From Mobula hypostoma (Eukaryota): 64,000 nucleotides of DNA. Positions within the stretch are counted from its first letter, which is position 1. Each line of letters starts with the position of its first letter. Both the position numbers and the translations under genes were made by a program. This document shows positions 12,458 to 25,140 of this stretch, one piece after another. Under the pieces are notes generated by a model. That model worked only from the letters and a program-made list of their open reading frames with translations. It made no database searches and had not been told where the DNA came from. The stretch covers positions 13,454,001 to 13,518,000 of the forward strand of contig NC_086108.1 in NCBI RefSeq assembly GCF_963921235.1, in the 5' to 3' direction.

Positions 12458-12923
12458 CTGCTACCGAGCTCTGTGCCGAGTACCCAGTGATGCACTGCTG
12501 TCTGAGCAGGGAGACCTCCCTCTCCAGCAGCTCGATACGGTCGATGAGGTTCTTGAGCAGCGAGTTGGTCAGACAATCACAGGCCTGCTGGGGGATGAAG
12601 ATGTTGTGGGTGAAGCCCACCTGATTCTGCAAACTCTGGTTTTGTCGGAAGTACTCATCGGCGTACCCAGGCTTGGAAGGTTTCGTCAGCCCCAGAGCAC
12701 AGTCCGCACTGACTGAACAGAGCGACTCTTGCGGCATGTTGATGTTGTAGATGTGATTGAAGATGATTGCCTGCTGCTTCAGCAGCATGGTGTGGTTAAT
12801 CTGATGAACACTGATTGAAGCTTCGGCATCCTTCTGCCATTGTGCCTTAACCAACACCTGATACTTGCCAGGACCCATCAGTGTACTGAGCCAAAGCATC
12901 AGAATACCCAAGAGCGGCAACAT
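12458..12923 (-). CDS. TNR: Tenascin-R-like, first coding exon: signal peptide + tenascin assembly domain/heptads (whole exon ~12977-12458)
   Basis: MLPLLGILMLWLSTL...IIFNHIYNINMP...QVGFTHNIFIPQQACDC...LIDRIELLEREVSLLRQQC matches the tenascin N-terminal motifs (TNR: FNHVYNINVP / FTHRINFPKKACPC / RIEMLEREVSVLRDQC). ATG at 12923, acceptor tttgcag before 12977, phase-1 donor GCAG|gtatga at 12458/12457. Orthology to TNR versus a paralog is not proven. Confidence 0.9.
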
Positions 12924-14334
12924 CGCAGCATGGGTGACTGGGTGCCACCTGGACTGAAGGATGAACTGGATTAGGAGCTGCAAAGCAAAGTTCAGAGTGT
13001 CAAACCAAGACCTGGAAACTCCTGCTAAAACTTCACTTCCAAAATGCTCCCAATGTGCCTTTAACCGCAGTAATTATTAAGAACACTGTCTGAGAAGGTA
13101 CTGTCCCTTCCAACCATTGGCCTTTGCCACGCCTCAATTTTCAAATTTGCATTGGTTAAACCCTTCATGGCTCTCCTGCAACATCCCTCCACCACACCCC
13201 CACCCCAATTCCGTCACTAACCTTCCCAGCCCAGCAGTCTAATGAAAGAGCCACTCTGTTCCACATTGGTGCCCAAAGCCAAGCCACTGGCATCCTGACC
13301 CATTTCCACCCACCCCCCCACAACCAAGTACAGAGGTCCTGACCCCTGCATTTCCCACTTTAAAGTTCACTATTTCTCTCACTTCTTTTTTAAAATGCTG
13401 CTTTACACCAAACCTTAGGCTTCCTGTCTGAGGTAACTCAGTACCAAGTTACTGTGAAGTCACTCAGAACCGTTTTCTGGTGCCACATAAATACAGGGGG
13501 CTTTGTCAAAAAGTGGGGTGGGGGAGGTAGATATCAGAGCTCTGCTTCTCTGCAAGTGGGATGTGAGTCACTGAGACAACTTATTCAGACTGCTCCAGAA
13601 GGCTCAGTGATTTCGGAACTTGCTGAATGCTTCCTTTCTGATAGAAAGGTCAGGCCATCTACCACTTTGCTCAATTACGTTATCTCTGTTTCTTTGTTCT
13701 GCTCTTGACAGTCCAAGGAGGAAGAATTTATTTAAACACTGATATAATGCTGTAATCCTATTCCTGGATGAAGAAACTGTAAGAGAATTACAAGGATCTT
13801 TGAAAGAAGAGGATGTGCACACAGCAGTTGGATGCCTGCCTGTTTCATTCCCCAGCACCTGCTCTGACCCAGTACTGTAATACTGCCCCCATTCTCAGCT
13901 TCCTCTAAGGGGACTGGCACCAAAATCGTCAGCAGGCAAATCGGACTGACTGGTGCCTCTCATTCCCAGCTTCAATAGTGTGGGCACACACGGCCTGGAC
14001 AGTTTCACAATCAAATCAATCACACCTATGACACTGAGAAAATAATCTCCCGCGAACTGGATCATCACAAATAGCCTGATAACAAACAAGCTGAGAAAGA
14101 TTCGAACAAGGTATGCGAAAAGAAATCAGTGTTGGCCGCAGACATACACAATACTCACAGTTTGAAGGGAATGACTCACTTCTTTCCAGTAATGGGAGGA
14201 AGAAAACAGTAGAACCTACAAAGGGATAAAGGTAATTGGGTGAGTACACAGCATGGGAAAGTGTCAAATGATACATTTTGACTGGTGGAGTGTAAAGAGA
14301 TTAGGTTTAAATGAAGAGGGCATGTTTAGAGTCG

Positions 14335-15500
14335 TTGAGTCACAGAAAAGTACAGTACAGAAACAGGCCCTTCAGCCCATCTAGTCCATGCTAAAGTTAT
14401 TTAAACTGCCTACTGCCATCGACCTGCACTGGGACCATCCATGTACCTATCCAAACTTCTCTTAAGCGTTGAAATTGAGCTTGCATGCAACACTGTCATG
14501 ACCCTCTCACCCCTAACCCATGACCTCTGCTTGTAGTCCCACGCAAACTCAGTGGAAAAAGCCTGCTTGCATTTATCCTGCCTATACCCTCATAATTTTT
14601 TTATACCCCTATCAAATCACCTCTCAGTCTTCTAGGTTCTGAGGAATAAAGTCCTAACCTATTCAGTCTTTCCTTCTAACCCAGGTTCTCCAGTCTCGGC
14701 AACATCCTTGTAAATTTTCTCTGTACTCTTTCAATCTCATTTACATCTTTCCTGTAGGTAGGTGACCAAAACTGCACACAATACTCCAAATTAGACCTCA
14801 CCAACGTCTTATACATCTTTAACATAACATTCTATCTCCTGTTCTCAATACTTTGATTTATGAGTCCAATGTGCCAAAAGTTTTCTTAATGATCCTATCC
14901 ACATGTGACACTGCTTTCAACGAATTATGGATCTATATTCCCAGATCCCTTTGTTCTACCACACTCCTCAGTATCCTGTCGTTCACTCTGTAAGACCTAC
15001 CCTGGTTGCTCCTATGGAAGTGCAACACCTCACACTTGTCTGCATTAAATTCCACCTGCCGTTTTTCCGCCCATTTTTCCAGCGGATCCCCCTTTGCTCC
15101 TAGGAAAACAAACCCAGTGTTAACCACTCCTTATAACAGAAATCTTCCATGCCAAACAATATTCTGGAGAATTCCCTCTTCAGTCACATTCTTCCTACAG
15201 TGTGGCAAACAGAACAGCATACAGTACTCCAGTTAGAACGTGAAAGCCATAGTAGCCTTCTCGCTGTCCACTACGTCCCCAATATGGGTGTCATTGCAAA
15301 TTTGCTGATTCAGTTAAACACATTACCACCCAGATTGCTGATACAGATGACAAACAACAACGGACACAGCAATGATCCCTGTGGCACACCACTAGTCACA
15401 GGCCTGCAGTCAAAGAGGCAACCATCTACCACTCACTTGCTTCTCCCACAAAGCCAATATCTAGAGCAACTTACTTCCTTGTCTTGAATGCCAAGTGACT
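14335..15500 (-). mobile_element. CR1 LINE 3' portion
   Basis: EKWAEKRQVEFNADKCEVLHF (14933-15127) and a typical CR1 3' UTR. Confidence 0.88.
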
Positions 15501-15644
15501 TTGTGTTTTAGATTTTTAGCAATTGCACCATTTGGCTTTCCTATTACAGAAAAAAACATACCTTATTACCCTTCCACAGGTCTAGATTTTAGATCTTTCT
15601 GTGAAAGGAAATTCTTACCTAAAAGAAGCCAGTAAAGAGGCGGG

Positions 15645-16272
15645 AGGAGAAGATGGCAGCTCGACGCAGCGCGCGCAGATCTCCGGTGAAATGATATCGT
15701 ATCTGTTAAATAGGGGCCGTGGACAATTCTGATTTGATGAAGTCAGATGTGAGAAGCAGAGGAACATCTGGAGAAATTTCTGAAATGCCTGGTTTCGCTG
15801 CCGTTGCTACTGTGCGATCGAGAATCTCCGGAGGGAAGGTCCCAAAATCCCCGGCTTTGCCTGCTGCTGGCGACTGAGGCAGGGGTCAAAGCATTCGGCA
15901 GAGGTGGTGCTCGGTACTCGGTGTCGGAGGGCTGATTAGAGCTCGAAGTTTTCGGACAACTCAGAGTCAGACTGTGGTCGGGCATGGCAGGGAGAGTTTT
16001 CTTCCTTCTCCCGTCTGCATGAGATGTGGCACTTTTGAGAGACTTTGAACTTTTTTTACTGTGCCATAGTCTGTTCTTCATCAAGTTATGGTATTGTTTC
16101 ACTGTTGTAACTATATGTTATAATTATGTGGCTTTGTTAGTTTTTCAGTCTTGATCTGTCCTGTGTTTCTGTGATATCACACCGGAGGAATATTGTATCA
16201 TTTCTTAATGCATGCATTACTAAATGACAATAAAAGAGGACTGCGTGTCCTCATAATCTAAATCTAAATCTA
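15645..16272 (+). repeat. Non-coding interspersed repeat, family A (AAGATGGC head, AATAAAA...(AATCT)n tail)
   Basis: Homologous to 58742-59223 and 61105-61546, with near-identical 3' halves. Confidence 0.85.
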
Positions 16273-16319
16273 ATAATTCTTGAGATGGGAGAATTGCTGA
16301 GAAACAAAACTGTAAGCAC

Positions 16320-17765
16320 TTAGAGAGTCACACGGTAGAGAAAAAGGCACTCCAGTCTATGCTGACCAATCAAGTATCTATTTATACACACTGTAGTTAT
16401 GTTATGTATCGTTAATTCAAGTGCTTATTTAGAGACTAGACTATCTTCCAGGTGTCCAGATTCCATCCTCTGTATGAAAATGTTCTTCCTTAGATCTCTT
16501 CTAAACTTCTTCATTTTTTCTAAAACCTTTTAGCTTTCCTCACCACCGTTGTGGTGGAAATCTTTCTATGAAAGCCTCATAATTTGCATACTGTACCTCA
16601 TCTCCCTTGTTCTAAGGAAAACAACCCCAACCCCTCCATTCACTCCAGCCACACCAGACAATATCCTGGAGAATCTGCTCTTCAATCACATCCTTCCTCT
16701 AGTGTGGCAAGCAGAACAGCATACAGTGCTCCAGTTAGAACAATACAGCACAGTACAGGCCCTATCAATCTCAACCCTTCCCCCTCACAGAGCCCTTAAT
16801 TTTTCTCTCACCCATCTGCCTATCTAAGAGTCTCTTAAATATCCCAAATGTATCGACCTCTACCACCACCTCCTATTCTCTGCAGAGAGAAAACCTACCT
16901 CGGACATCCCTCCTAAACTTTCCTCCAATCAGTATAAAATTATGTCCCCTTTGTAATAAATATTTCTGCCCTGGGAAAAAATCTCTGCCTATCCACTCTA
17001 TCTGTGCATTAACATCTTTTATCCTTCTATTGAATCACCTCTCATCCCAATTCACTTCAAAGTGAAAAGACCTAGTTTGCTCAACCTCTCCTCATAAGCC
17101 ATGCTCTCTAAACCAGCCAGTATCCTGGTAATTCTCCTCTGCATCCTCTCCAAAGCTACCACATCCTTCCTGTAATGATGTAACCAGAATGGAACACAAT
17201 ATTCCAAGTGTGGCCAAACCAGAGTTTTCTGGAGCTGTATCGTTACTGCATGACTTTTAAACTTAATCTCCCAATGAATGAAGGCCAACACATTATACAT
17301 CTTCTTAACCACCCTATCAACTTGTGCAGTAACTTTGAGGGATCTAAAGCATAGACCCTAAGATCCCTCTGTTCCTCTACACTGCTAAGAATCCTGCCAT
17401 TCTGCTTTCAAGTTTGGCCTTCAAAAGTGTATCACTTCACAATTCTCTGGATTGAACTCATTCTGCCACTTCTTAGCCCAGCTCAGCATCCCATCAATGC
17501 CTCGTTGATACCTACAACAACCTTTTACACTATCCACAACACCACCAACCTTTGCGTCATCTTTAAACTTACTAGCCCATCTTTACACGTCCTCATCCAA
17601 ATCATTTATAAAAATCACAAAGACCTAGAGTCCAAGAACAGATCCCTGTGGTGACCCTCCTCCAGGCAGAATACGTCCAATCTACTATGACACTCCGCCT
17701 TCTGCGGGCAAACCAATTCAGCCAGGTTTCCCTGAATCACTCACCTCCTGATTTTCTGAATGAAT
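16320..17765 (-). mobile_element. Stacked CR1 3' fragments
   Basis: ORF 17052-17312 (LVWPHLEYCVPFW...ALERMQRR); second tail at ~16735. Confidence 0.85.
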
Positions 17766-17774
17766 CTAATGAAT

Positions 17775-18010
17775 CAAAGTAAATTTATTATCCAAATACT
17801 CATATGTCACCATATCCAACCCTGAGATTCATTGTCTTGAGGGCAATCACGGTTAATACAAAAAACACATCCAAATGGACAGACTACCAACCAATGTGCA
17901 ATAGACAACAATGTGCAAGAACAAAAAGAAAAAAAAGAAAAAAGAAACAATAATAATAATAATAATAATAATAACAATAATAATGAGTAATGAAATGAGA
18001 ACATTGAAAT
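17775..18010 (-). repeat. LINE 3'-tail-derived repeat containing an (AAT)n microsatellite (17948-17984)
   Basis: 'caaagtaaatttattatc' end shared with 26960, 34190 and the Rex-type tails. Confidence 0.65.
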
Positions 18011-18154
18011 GGCAGAAACCTTAAGAGCAGAAGTAGCCTGTCTAATGAAGTATAAAATAGAGGGCTATGGGTAACCCTCAATAATTTCTAAAGTAGGTAC
18101 ATGTTTGGCACAGCATTGTGGGCCAAAGGGCCTGTATTGTGCTGTAGGTTTCTA

Positions 18155-20010
18155 AAATGGATAACCCAAGCAAGAAAGTTAAGAGAAAAGCTAAGGAAAT
18201 ACTAAGGAAAAATAAAGTCCATGCAAGATGCGATCAACCTAACAAAAGAACTGTAGAATTTATAGATGCACTAAAACAAAAGCCTGCTGCATACAAGGCT
18301 AGACTGAATAGATAGGTGAAGTGAACCAGACAATGATAACAGAATTATCCGTTCAGAAACAATGAGAAACGTTTATATAGGACATTGAAACTAAATTCAA
18401 CACAACAAAATGTCACCAACCTAGCACCGAATCACCAACAGGCACAGAGATACTGAACTTTTGGTCTAATATCTGGTCAAGCAGGGTGATGCACAATCAA
18501 AAAGAAAACTGGAATCAGGAGAAAAAAAGAATGCACTCACACGATTGAAAAAATGCAAACACCCGAAGTTACAATGGATCTGCTAAGAAATACCCAGAAC
18601 TAGAAAAGTACTGGCAGTGAAAATATTCATAATTATTGGACTTGCCTTCATCCGTACTTATTAATACATATCATCAACTTCCTTAAAAATCCTGAAAAAG
18701 AGCCTGAATTTTTCACAGAAGGTAAAACATATCTCTTACCTGAAGGAGAAATCACAAATGACCCATCAAAATATCGTCCTATCACTTGTTTACAAACTAG
18801 TTATAAAACTGTAACATCATGTATCTCACAACTAATCACCCCTCACTTGGATAACCACAATATATGTACAGAAGAACAGAGAGGATTCCAGAAAAGTGTG
18901 AAAGGGTGTAAAGAACAACTGATAATAGATTCCATAATTCTAAATCAAGCCTGGTGGAAATACAAAAATCTTTCACGTTGTTATATTGACTACCAAAAAG
19001 CAATTGATTCTGTCCCTTAAGTTCTTAATATATATAAACTATAGTCAATACTTGTGAAATTCCTACATCTGATGAAGCATTGGTGTACTATAATCACCCT
19101 ATCTATTAACAACCAAAAGAAAACAGCCACCGTTATCAAATTAAACCGAGACATTTTTCAGGGCGACTTCCTAAGCTCATTATGGTTTTGTGTAGCTTTA
19201 AATCTGCTCCCTAATTTACTGAATCAGATGAAATTTGGGTATCAAATCAGAAACAAACAAATTACACCTCTATACATGGATGATTTGAAATTATACGCTC
19301 CTTCACCAGTAAAGCTAAATTAATTAATTCAAATACTAGAACTATTTTCTAAAGATATGAACATGAACTTTGAACATTAAGAAATGTGCAATAGAGCTAG
19401 TAGAATATAAAACAGAGCAGCAGGAGACAATACAACCGATGGATGAACATGAAACATCTAAGTATCTGGGACATCAACAAGCAAAGAAAATAGATCTTAG
19501 TGTGATAAAGGGAAAACTTTTGACAGAATTTACTTCCAGGCTCAAGAAAATCTGCCAAACAGAGTTCAATAGTAAACATATAACAAAGGCAATAAACACT
19601 TTCACTGTACCTATATTAACATATTCTTTAGGCATAATGTCTTGGTCCAAAACAGATGCAGAAAATGTACAAAGAAAAATCAGAACTGAAATGACAAATT
19701 TCAGAAAACACTGTGTACACTCAAACGCACTTAGACTAACACGACCTAGGACAGAAGGAGGAAGAGGAATAACTGACATAAAACATTTACACAGCAGTCA
19801 GATAAAACTTCACAGGATGTATTTTCATCAATGAAAACAGGATTCAGCACTCATGTGAGCAAATGCAATTCTGATAAGAAGTACACACCACTGAGCTCAA
19901 ATGAAAGCACAACCCAGAAAAATGAAGAAATTATCACTATAGAAGAAGTTAACCAATGGAAGAGCATAACCCTCCATGGAAGACATCCCCACATTCTGAG
20001 TAGACTAGCA
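18155..20010 (+). mobile_element. R4/Dong-like non-LTR retrotransposon relic (RT region, multiple disruptions)
   Basis: Motifs KYRPITCL, EEQRGF..KGCKEQLIID, YIDYQKA.DSVP, IFQGDFLS.LWFC.ALN, YMDDLKLYA, KAINTFTVPILTYSLG, RPRTEGGRGITD and WK..TLHGRHP match R4-clade RTs as I recall them, and differ from CR1 and Rex. Confidence 0.78.
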
Positions 20011-20024
20011 GAATCTCAGGTGGA

Positions 20025-20625
20025 GATGACGGGCATACAGGAGCGAGATATACCAGCTGGTTGAGTGGTGTCACAGCAACAACCTTGAACTCAACGTCAG
20101 TGAGACCAAAGAGCTGATTGTGGACTTCAGAAAGGGTAAGACGAAGGAACATGAACCAATCCTCATCGAAGGGTCAAATGTGGAGAGAGTGAGCAATTTC
20201 AAGTTCCTGAGTGTCAAGATCTCTGAGGATCTAGCTCGGTCCCAACCTATTTATGCAGCTATAAAGAAGGCAAGACTACGGCTATATTTCATTAGGAGTT
20301 TGAGGAGATTTGGTTTGTTATCTAAGACACTCAAAGACTTCTACAGAACTACTGTGAAGAGCATTCTGATAGGCTGCGTCACCATCTGGTATGGGGAGGG
20401 GGTGAGGGGCCACTGCACAGGATTGAAAGAAGCTACAGAAAGCTATAAAATTAGTCTGCATAATCTTGAGTACTCGCCTCCTTAGTATCTAAGACACCTT
20501 CAAGGAGCGGTGCCTCAGGAAGGCAGCATACATCATTAAGGACCCCCACCACCCAGGACATGCCCCCTTCTCATTGTTACTGTCAGGAAGGAGGTACAGA
20601 AGCCTGAAGACAAACTCAGTGATTC
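20025..20625 (+). mobile_element. Rex1/Babar-type LINE 3' fragment
   Basis: WCHSNNLELNVSETKELIVDFRK...VERVSNFKFL...KKARLRLYFIRSLRRFG. Confidence 0.85.
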
Positions 20626-20974
20626 AAGGGACATAACTCTGAGGTGATTGGAGGAGAGTATAGTGGGTATGTTCTTTACACAGAGAATGGTAGGCAGTGG
20701 AGACAGATACATCCGGGGCACTCAAGTGTATGATGGAAAAATGGAGGGGTATGCAGGAGGAAACAGTTAGGTTGATCTTAGAGGAGGTTAAAAGATCAGC
20801 ACAACATTCTAGGCTGAAGGGCATGAGACATGCTGCCATGTCCTGTGTTCGCTGTATATTATATTCCTTATTGTAATTTATAACATACTTTTACATATTG
20901 CACTACCTTGCTGCTGCAAAACAATAGATTTCACAATGCATGTCGGTGATAATAAATCTGATTCTGTTTGGCAA

Positions 20975-21482
20975 AGACCAGCAAGGGCTCGGGCTAATGG
21001 CACCCCGAAGTCATCAAGTCCCAGATTCAAAGGTCCGTGCAGGTAGGATGCACAAGTACTGGTGACTCCCTGGGTCAGCAAGCCAACGAGCTCAAGGACT
21101 GGAGTTCAGAGTCCTCTCAACACTATGTCTTGGAGTTCGAGGTCCCATCATTGATGAGTTCTGGGGTTGATTATGAAGATTGAAGCCCGAAGATCAAAGA
21201 CTGAGGTCGAGGTCTGATGGCCAAAGCTCTGGGTCTGTGGGGGCCACTGGAGACCCAGAGGAGTCTTGTCCAGGGGTTGGTAGACAGTCTGTGTGTGTGT
21301 GAGTGGGTGGCATGGTACGAGGCGGGGGGCAGGAAAGGGGCTTGTTTTGCTATTATTTGTTTGTTTCTGTTCTCTTGTTGTTGTTGCTGCTTGTGTTGAA
21401 CTGCTGAACATTGTGGGCATACTTTTTTGGCACTATGGAAATGCTTGGCGACTCTTGTGTGCTGGCCCCAGCACAGCCTCAT
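20975..21482 (+). repeat. Non-coding interspersed repeat, family B
   Basis: 3' part (aaaggggcttg...aacattgtgggc...ccccagcaca) is homologous to the reverse complement of 39090-39290. Confidence 0.6.
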
Positions 21483-22282
21483 GTTGAATTGGTCGTCTCG
21501 GCCTGAAACATCGATCGTTTAGATGTTGCCTGACCTGCTGAGTTCCTCCAGTATTTTGTGAGAGTTGCATTTCAGTGAATATCTCAACTTACACATGGTG
21601 AATAAATGAAACTAAATCTCTTATATTCTAGCCCCAGATATTGAAATGAAGTATCTCATATCTGGCACCATATCTAATTGCGCGGTCACCTCCAGGGAAA
21701 TTTGGACTGCACCCCAATGACGTTTTCTCTGCTCAGTAATGACTACGGCCCAGATTTGTTATGCCCACTTAGACGCTCACCAATTGTCATCAATACACTG
21801 TAAAAATCACTCTATCCTGGTATGGCCACTAGTCACAGACCCAGTCAGAAAAGCAACCTTTCACCACCCACTGCCTCTAATCACCAGGAGGTTATGTTTA
21901 GAAAGGTATAGCATGCATAAGGTTTTATTGATAGGCTGCCTTCTTGGAGAGACTAGGATCAAACGTTACTGTCTCAGTGAGGGCTAAGATACCTTCTTGG
22001 ACTGAGAGGATAAATCTTTGCACAAAGTGTTATAAACGTGTGGATTTGTGATGCTCAGGCTGACCATGCATCCTTAAGTCAGACAGCGTTGACGTTTTTG
22101 ATAAAAGGAGAATTACACAGGTGGAGCCAAAATCTCAATCTCTACACCTAATGGATTAATAGTTTGCTTCTGCTCTTCATGTTTAAATATGGTGCACAGA
22201 GGGTTAAAAGGCACAATTTACTCATGTCTGCCACACTGCAGTCATATATGTCTCAGTACACAACAGATATCTGGGATCCGTT

Positions 22283-22740
22283 AGACCATAAGACATAGGA
22301 GCAGAATTAGACCATTTGGCCATCAAGTCTGCCCAGACATTTGGTCATGGCTGATCCATTTCCCTCTCGACCCCATTCTCCTGCCTTCTCTCTGTAACTT
22401 TTCACAGGCTGACTAATCAAGAATCTATTAACCACCGCCTTAAATACACCCAATGACTTGGCCTCCACAGACGCCTGTGGCAACAAATTCCACAGATTCA
22501 CCACCCTCTGGCTATCGAAATTCCTCCTCATCTCTATGCTAAATGGATCCCTCCCCCCCATTCTGTGGCTGTGTCCTCTGGTCACAGACACTCCCACCAT
22601 GGGAAACATCCTCTCCATATGCACTCTATCAAGACCTTTCAGCATTCAATAGGCTTCAATTAGATCCATTCTCATTTTTCTAAACTCCGAGTACAAGCCC
22701 AGAGCCATCAAACATTCCTCAAATGATAAGCCTTTACTTT
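22283..22740 (-). mobile_element. CR1 3' fragment
   Basis: ORF 22307-22645 (LKGLDRV...QRVVNLWN) and tail. Confidence 0.88.
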
Positions 22741-22939
22741 GGTACCACACAGCTAGTTGGCATCACAGTGTCATCTCACACTCATCTACAATACACAGAA
22801 GTATTGAAGTATACACAGAAGTATACAAACAATACTCTCCAGTCTGGTAGTGCACAGCACAAGGGCTTCAGTGTGATAACACAACCCAAGCCAAAGCAGT
22901 AAAGCTTTGAACAAAAGATGTGCATCAAAGATCAGCGAG

Positions 22940-23215
22940 TGCTGTGACACACTGGTGCAGATAGTAGAGCCACGACTCCCTACTCCAGAGATCCAGGTAC
23001 AGTGCTGATCTCCTCAATCTGTGTGGGGTATGTACATTCTTCGTGTGACAACACGGCTTCCCCCTGCTGCTCCGGCTTCTACCACATCCCAAAGACGTGC
23101 AGGTGGGTGGGTTAATCAGCTGTGTAAATTGCACCCTCGTGTGTACGTGAGAGATAGAATCTGGGGGGAGTTGATGAGAATGTGGGGGAGGATAATATGA
23201 GATGACTGCAGGATT
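22940..23215 (+). mobile_element. Old V-SINE
   Basis: Degenerate core gctccggcttctaccacatcccaaagacgtgc...tgtaaattg. Confidence 0.65.
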
Positions 23216-23489
23216 AAGGGCACAGACTGTTTCTGATCTGTGTTACTTTTTTCGAAAAGTTTACATCGAGTGGTGGTTGCATTGAACTGTAAATTCATTG
23301 CCATTAATTAAAGAGATTAAAGGCAGAAAGTTGTTCTAAATGAGATCAACAAATGGAAAATGGAAAATCTGAAGGTAAGTCACCACTTTATAATGATTTT
23401 GGCCTGAATGCAGTGTAACCCACCAACCTGCACATCTTTGGGATGTGGGAGGAAGCGATCTCAACCGGCCTTTGTGAAAGACCACAACT

Positions 23490-24865
23490 CAACGACAGCC
23501 AACCAGAAAAGGCTTTCTTTATCCCAGTCTTTGCCTCCAGCCTATTAGCCACTGCTACATCCATGCTAGTATCTGTCCTGTAATACCACGAGGTCGTAGT
23601 TCGTTAAGCAGCCTTATTTGCAGCACCTTGTCAAAGGCCTTCTGAAAATCCTAATACACAACATCCACTGATTCTTCCTTCTCTGTCCTGCTTCTTATTT
23701 CTTCAAAGAATTCCAATAGGTAAGTTTTCACTTAAGGAAATGATGCTGATTTCGGCCTATTTTATCATGTGCCTTTATGTATCCCAAAATCACATCGTTA
23801 ACAATCGACTCCAATATCTTTCCAACTATTGAGGTCAGACTAATTGGTATGTAATTTCCTTTCTTCTGCCTCTCTCCCTTCTTGAAGAGTGGAGTGCCAT
23901 TTGCAATTTTACAGTCCTCTGGAACCATGCCAGAATCTATCGATTCTTGAAAGATTATTACTAATTTCTCCACAATCTCTTCAGCCACATTGTTCAGAGC
24001 CCTGGGGTGTACACCATCTGGTCCAGGTAATTTATCTACCTTCAGACCTTTCAGTTTCCCGAGCACCTTCTCACTAGTAATGGCAACTTCACTCACTTCT
24101 GTCCCAACACTCTCAATTTTCTGGCATACTGCTAGGGTCTTCCACAGTACAGACTGATACAAAATACTTATTCTGTTCATCCACCATTTCCCCGTCTCCA
24201 TTATTTCCTCTCCAGCAATCTAATATCTACTCTCACCTCTCTTTTACTCTTTATATATCTGAAGAAACTTTTGGTATCCTCTTTAATATTATTGGCTAGC
24301 TTACCTTCCTATTCCATCTTTTCCGTCATTATGATTTTTTTGTTGCCTTATTTTGTTTTTTTAAAACTTTCCAATCCTCTAACTTCCCATTATTTTGGCT
24401 CTATTATATTGGCTCTCTTTGGCTTTTATGTTGGCTTTAACTTCACTTGTCAGCCATGGTTGCATCATTGTGTCGTTAGAATACTTCTTTGGGATATATC
24501 TACCCTGTGCCTTCCAAATTGCTCCCAGAAATTCCAGCCATTACTGCTCTGTCATCCTCCCTGCTAGAGACCCTTTCCAACCAACTTTGGCCAGATTCTC
24601 CCTCACGCCTTTGTAAATTACTCCACTATAATAATGATAGATCTGACTTTAGCTTCACCCTTTCAAACTGCAGGGTGAACTCTACCAAATTATGATCACT
24701 GTCTCCTAAGGGTTCCTTTATCTTAAGCTCTCTTTAGTTCACTGCACAACCCCAATCCAGAATAGCTGATACACTAGTGGGCTCAACCACAGACTCCAAT
24801 CCACACCTTCTCCAATACCAGCACATCCTTTCTTAGATAGGGACCGAAAGCTGCTCACAATACCT
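23490..24865 (-). mobile_element. Degenerate CR1 ORF2
   Basis: ORF 23728-24201 (LKVDKLPGPDGVHPR...PLFKKG...PISLTSIVGK). Confidence 0.88.
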
Positions 24866-25140
24866 TTTATATTTATTTATTTGATTGTTTGCTTATTGAG
24901 ATAGAGTGTGGAGTAGGCCCATCCAGACAATGAGCCGTGCTATCCAGCAACTTCCAGCCCATTCATGGGACAATTTACAATGACCAATCAACCTACCAAC
25001 CAGTACATCTTTAGACTGTGGGAGGAAACCAACACGGTCACAAGAGAAGGTACAAATTCCTTACAGGCAGCAGTGGGAATCGAACCCGTGCCACTGGTAC
25101 TGTAAAGTGCTGAGCTAACCTCTATGCTACCATGCCACCC
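24866..25140 (-). mobile_element. V-SINE
   Basis: Homologous to 11545-11838. Confidence 0.8.

Noticed and set aside
11651..12576. Pro-rich ORFs
   Set aside because: Low-complexity tract, plus an alternative frame over the tenascin exon.
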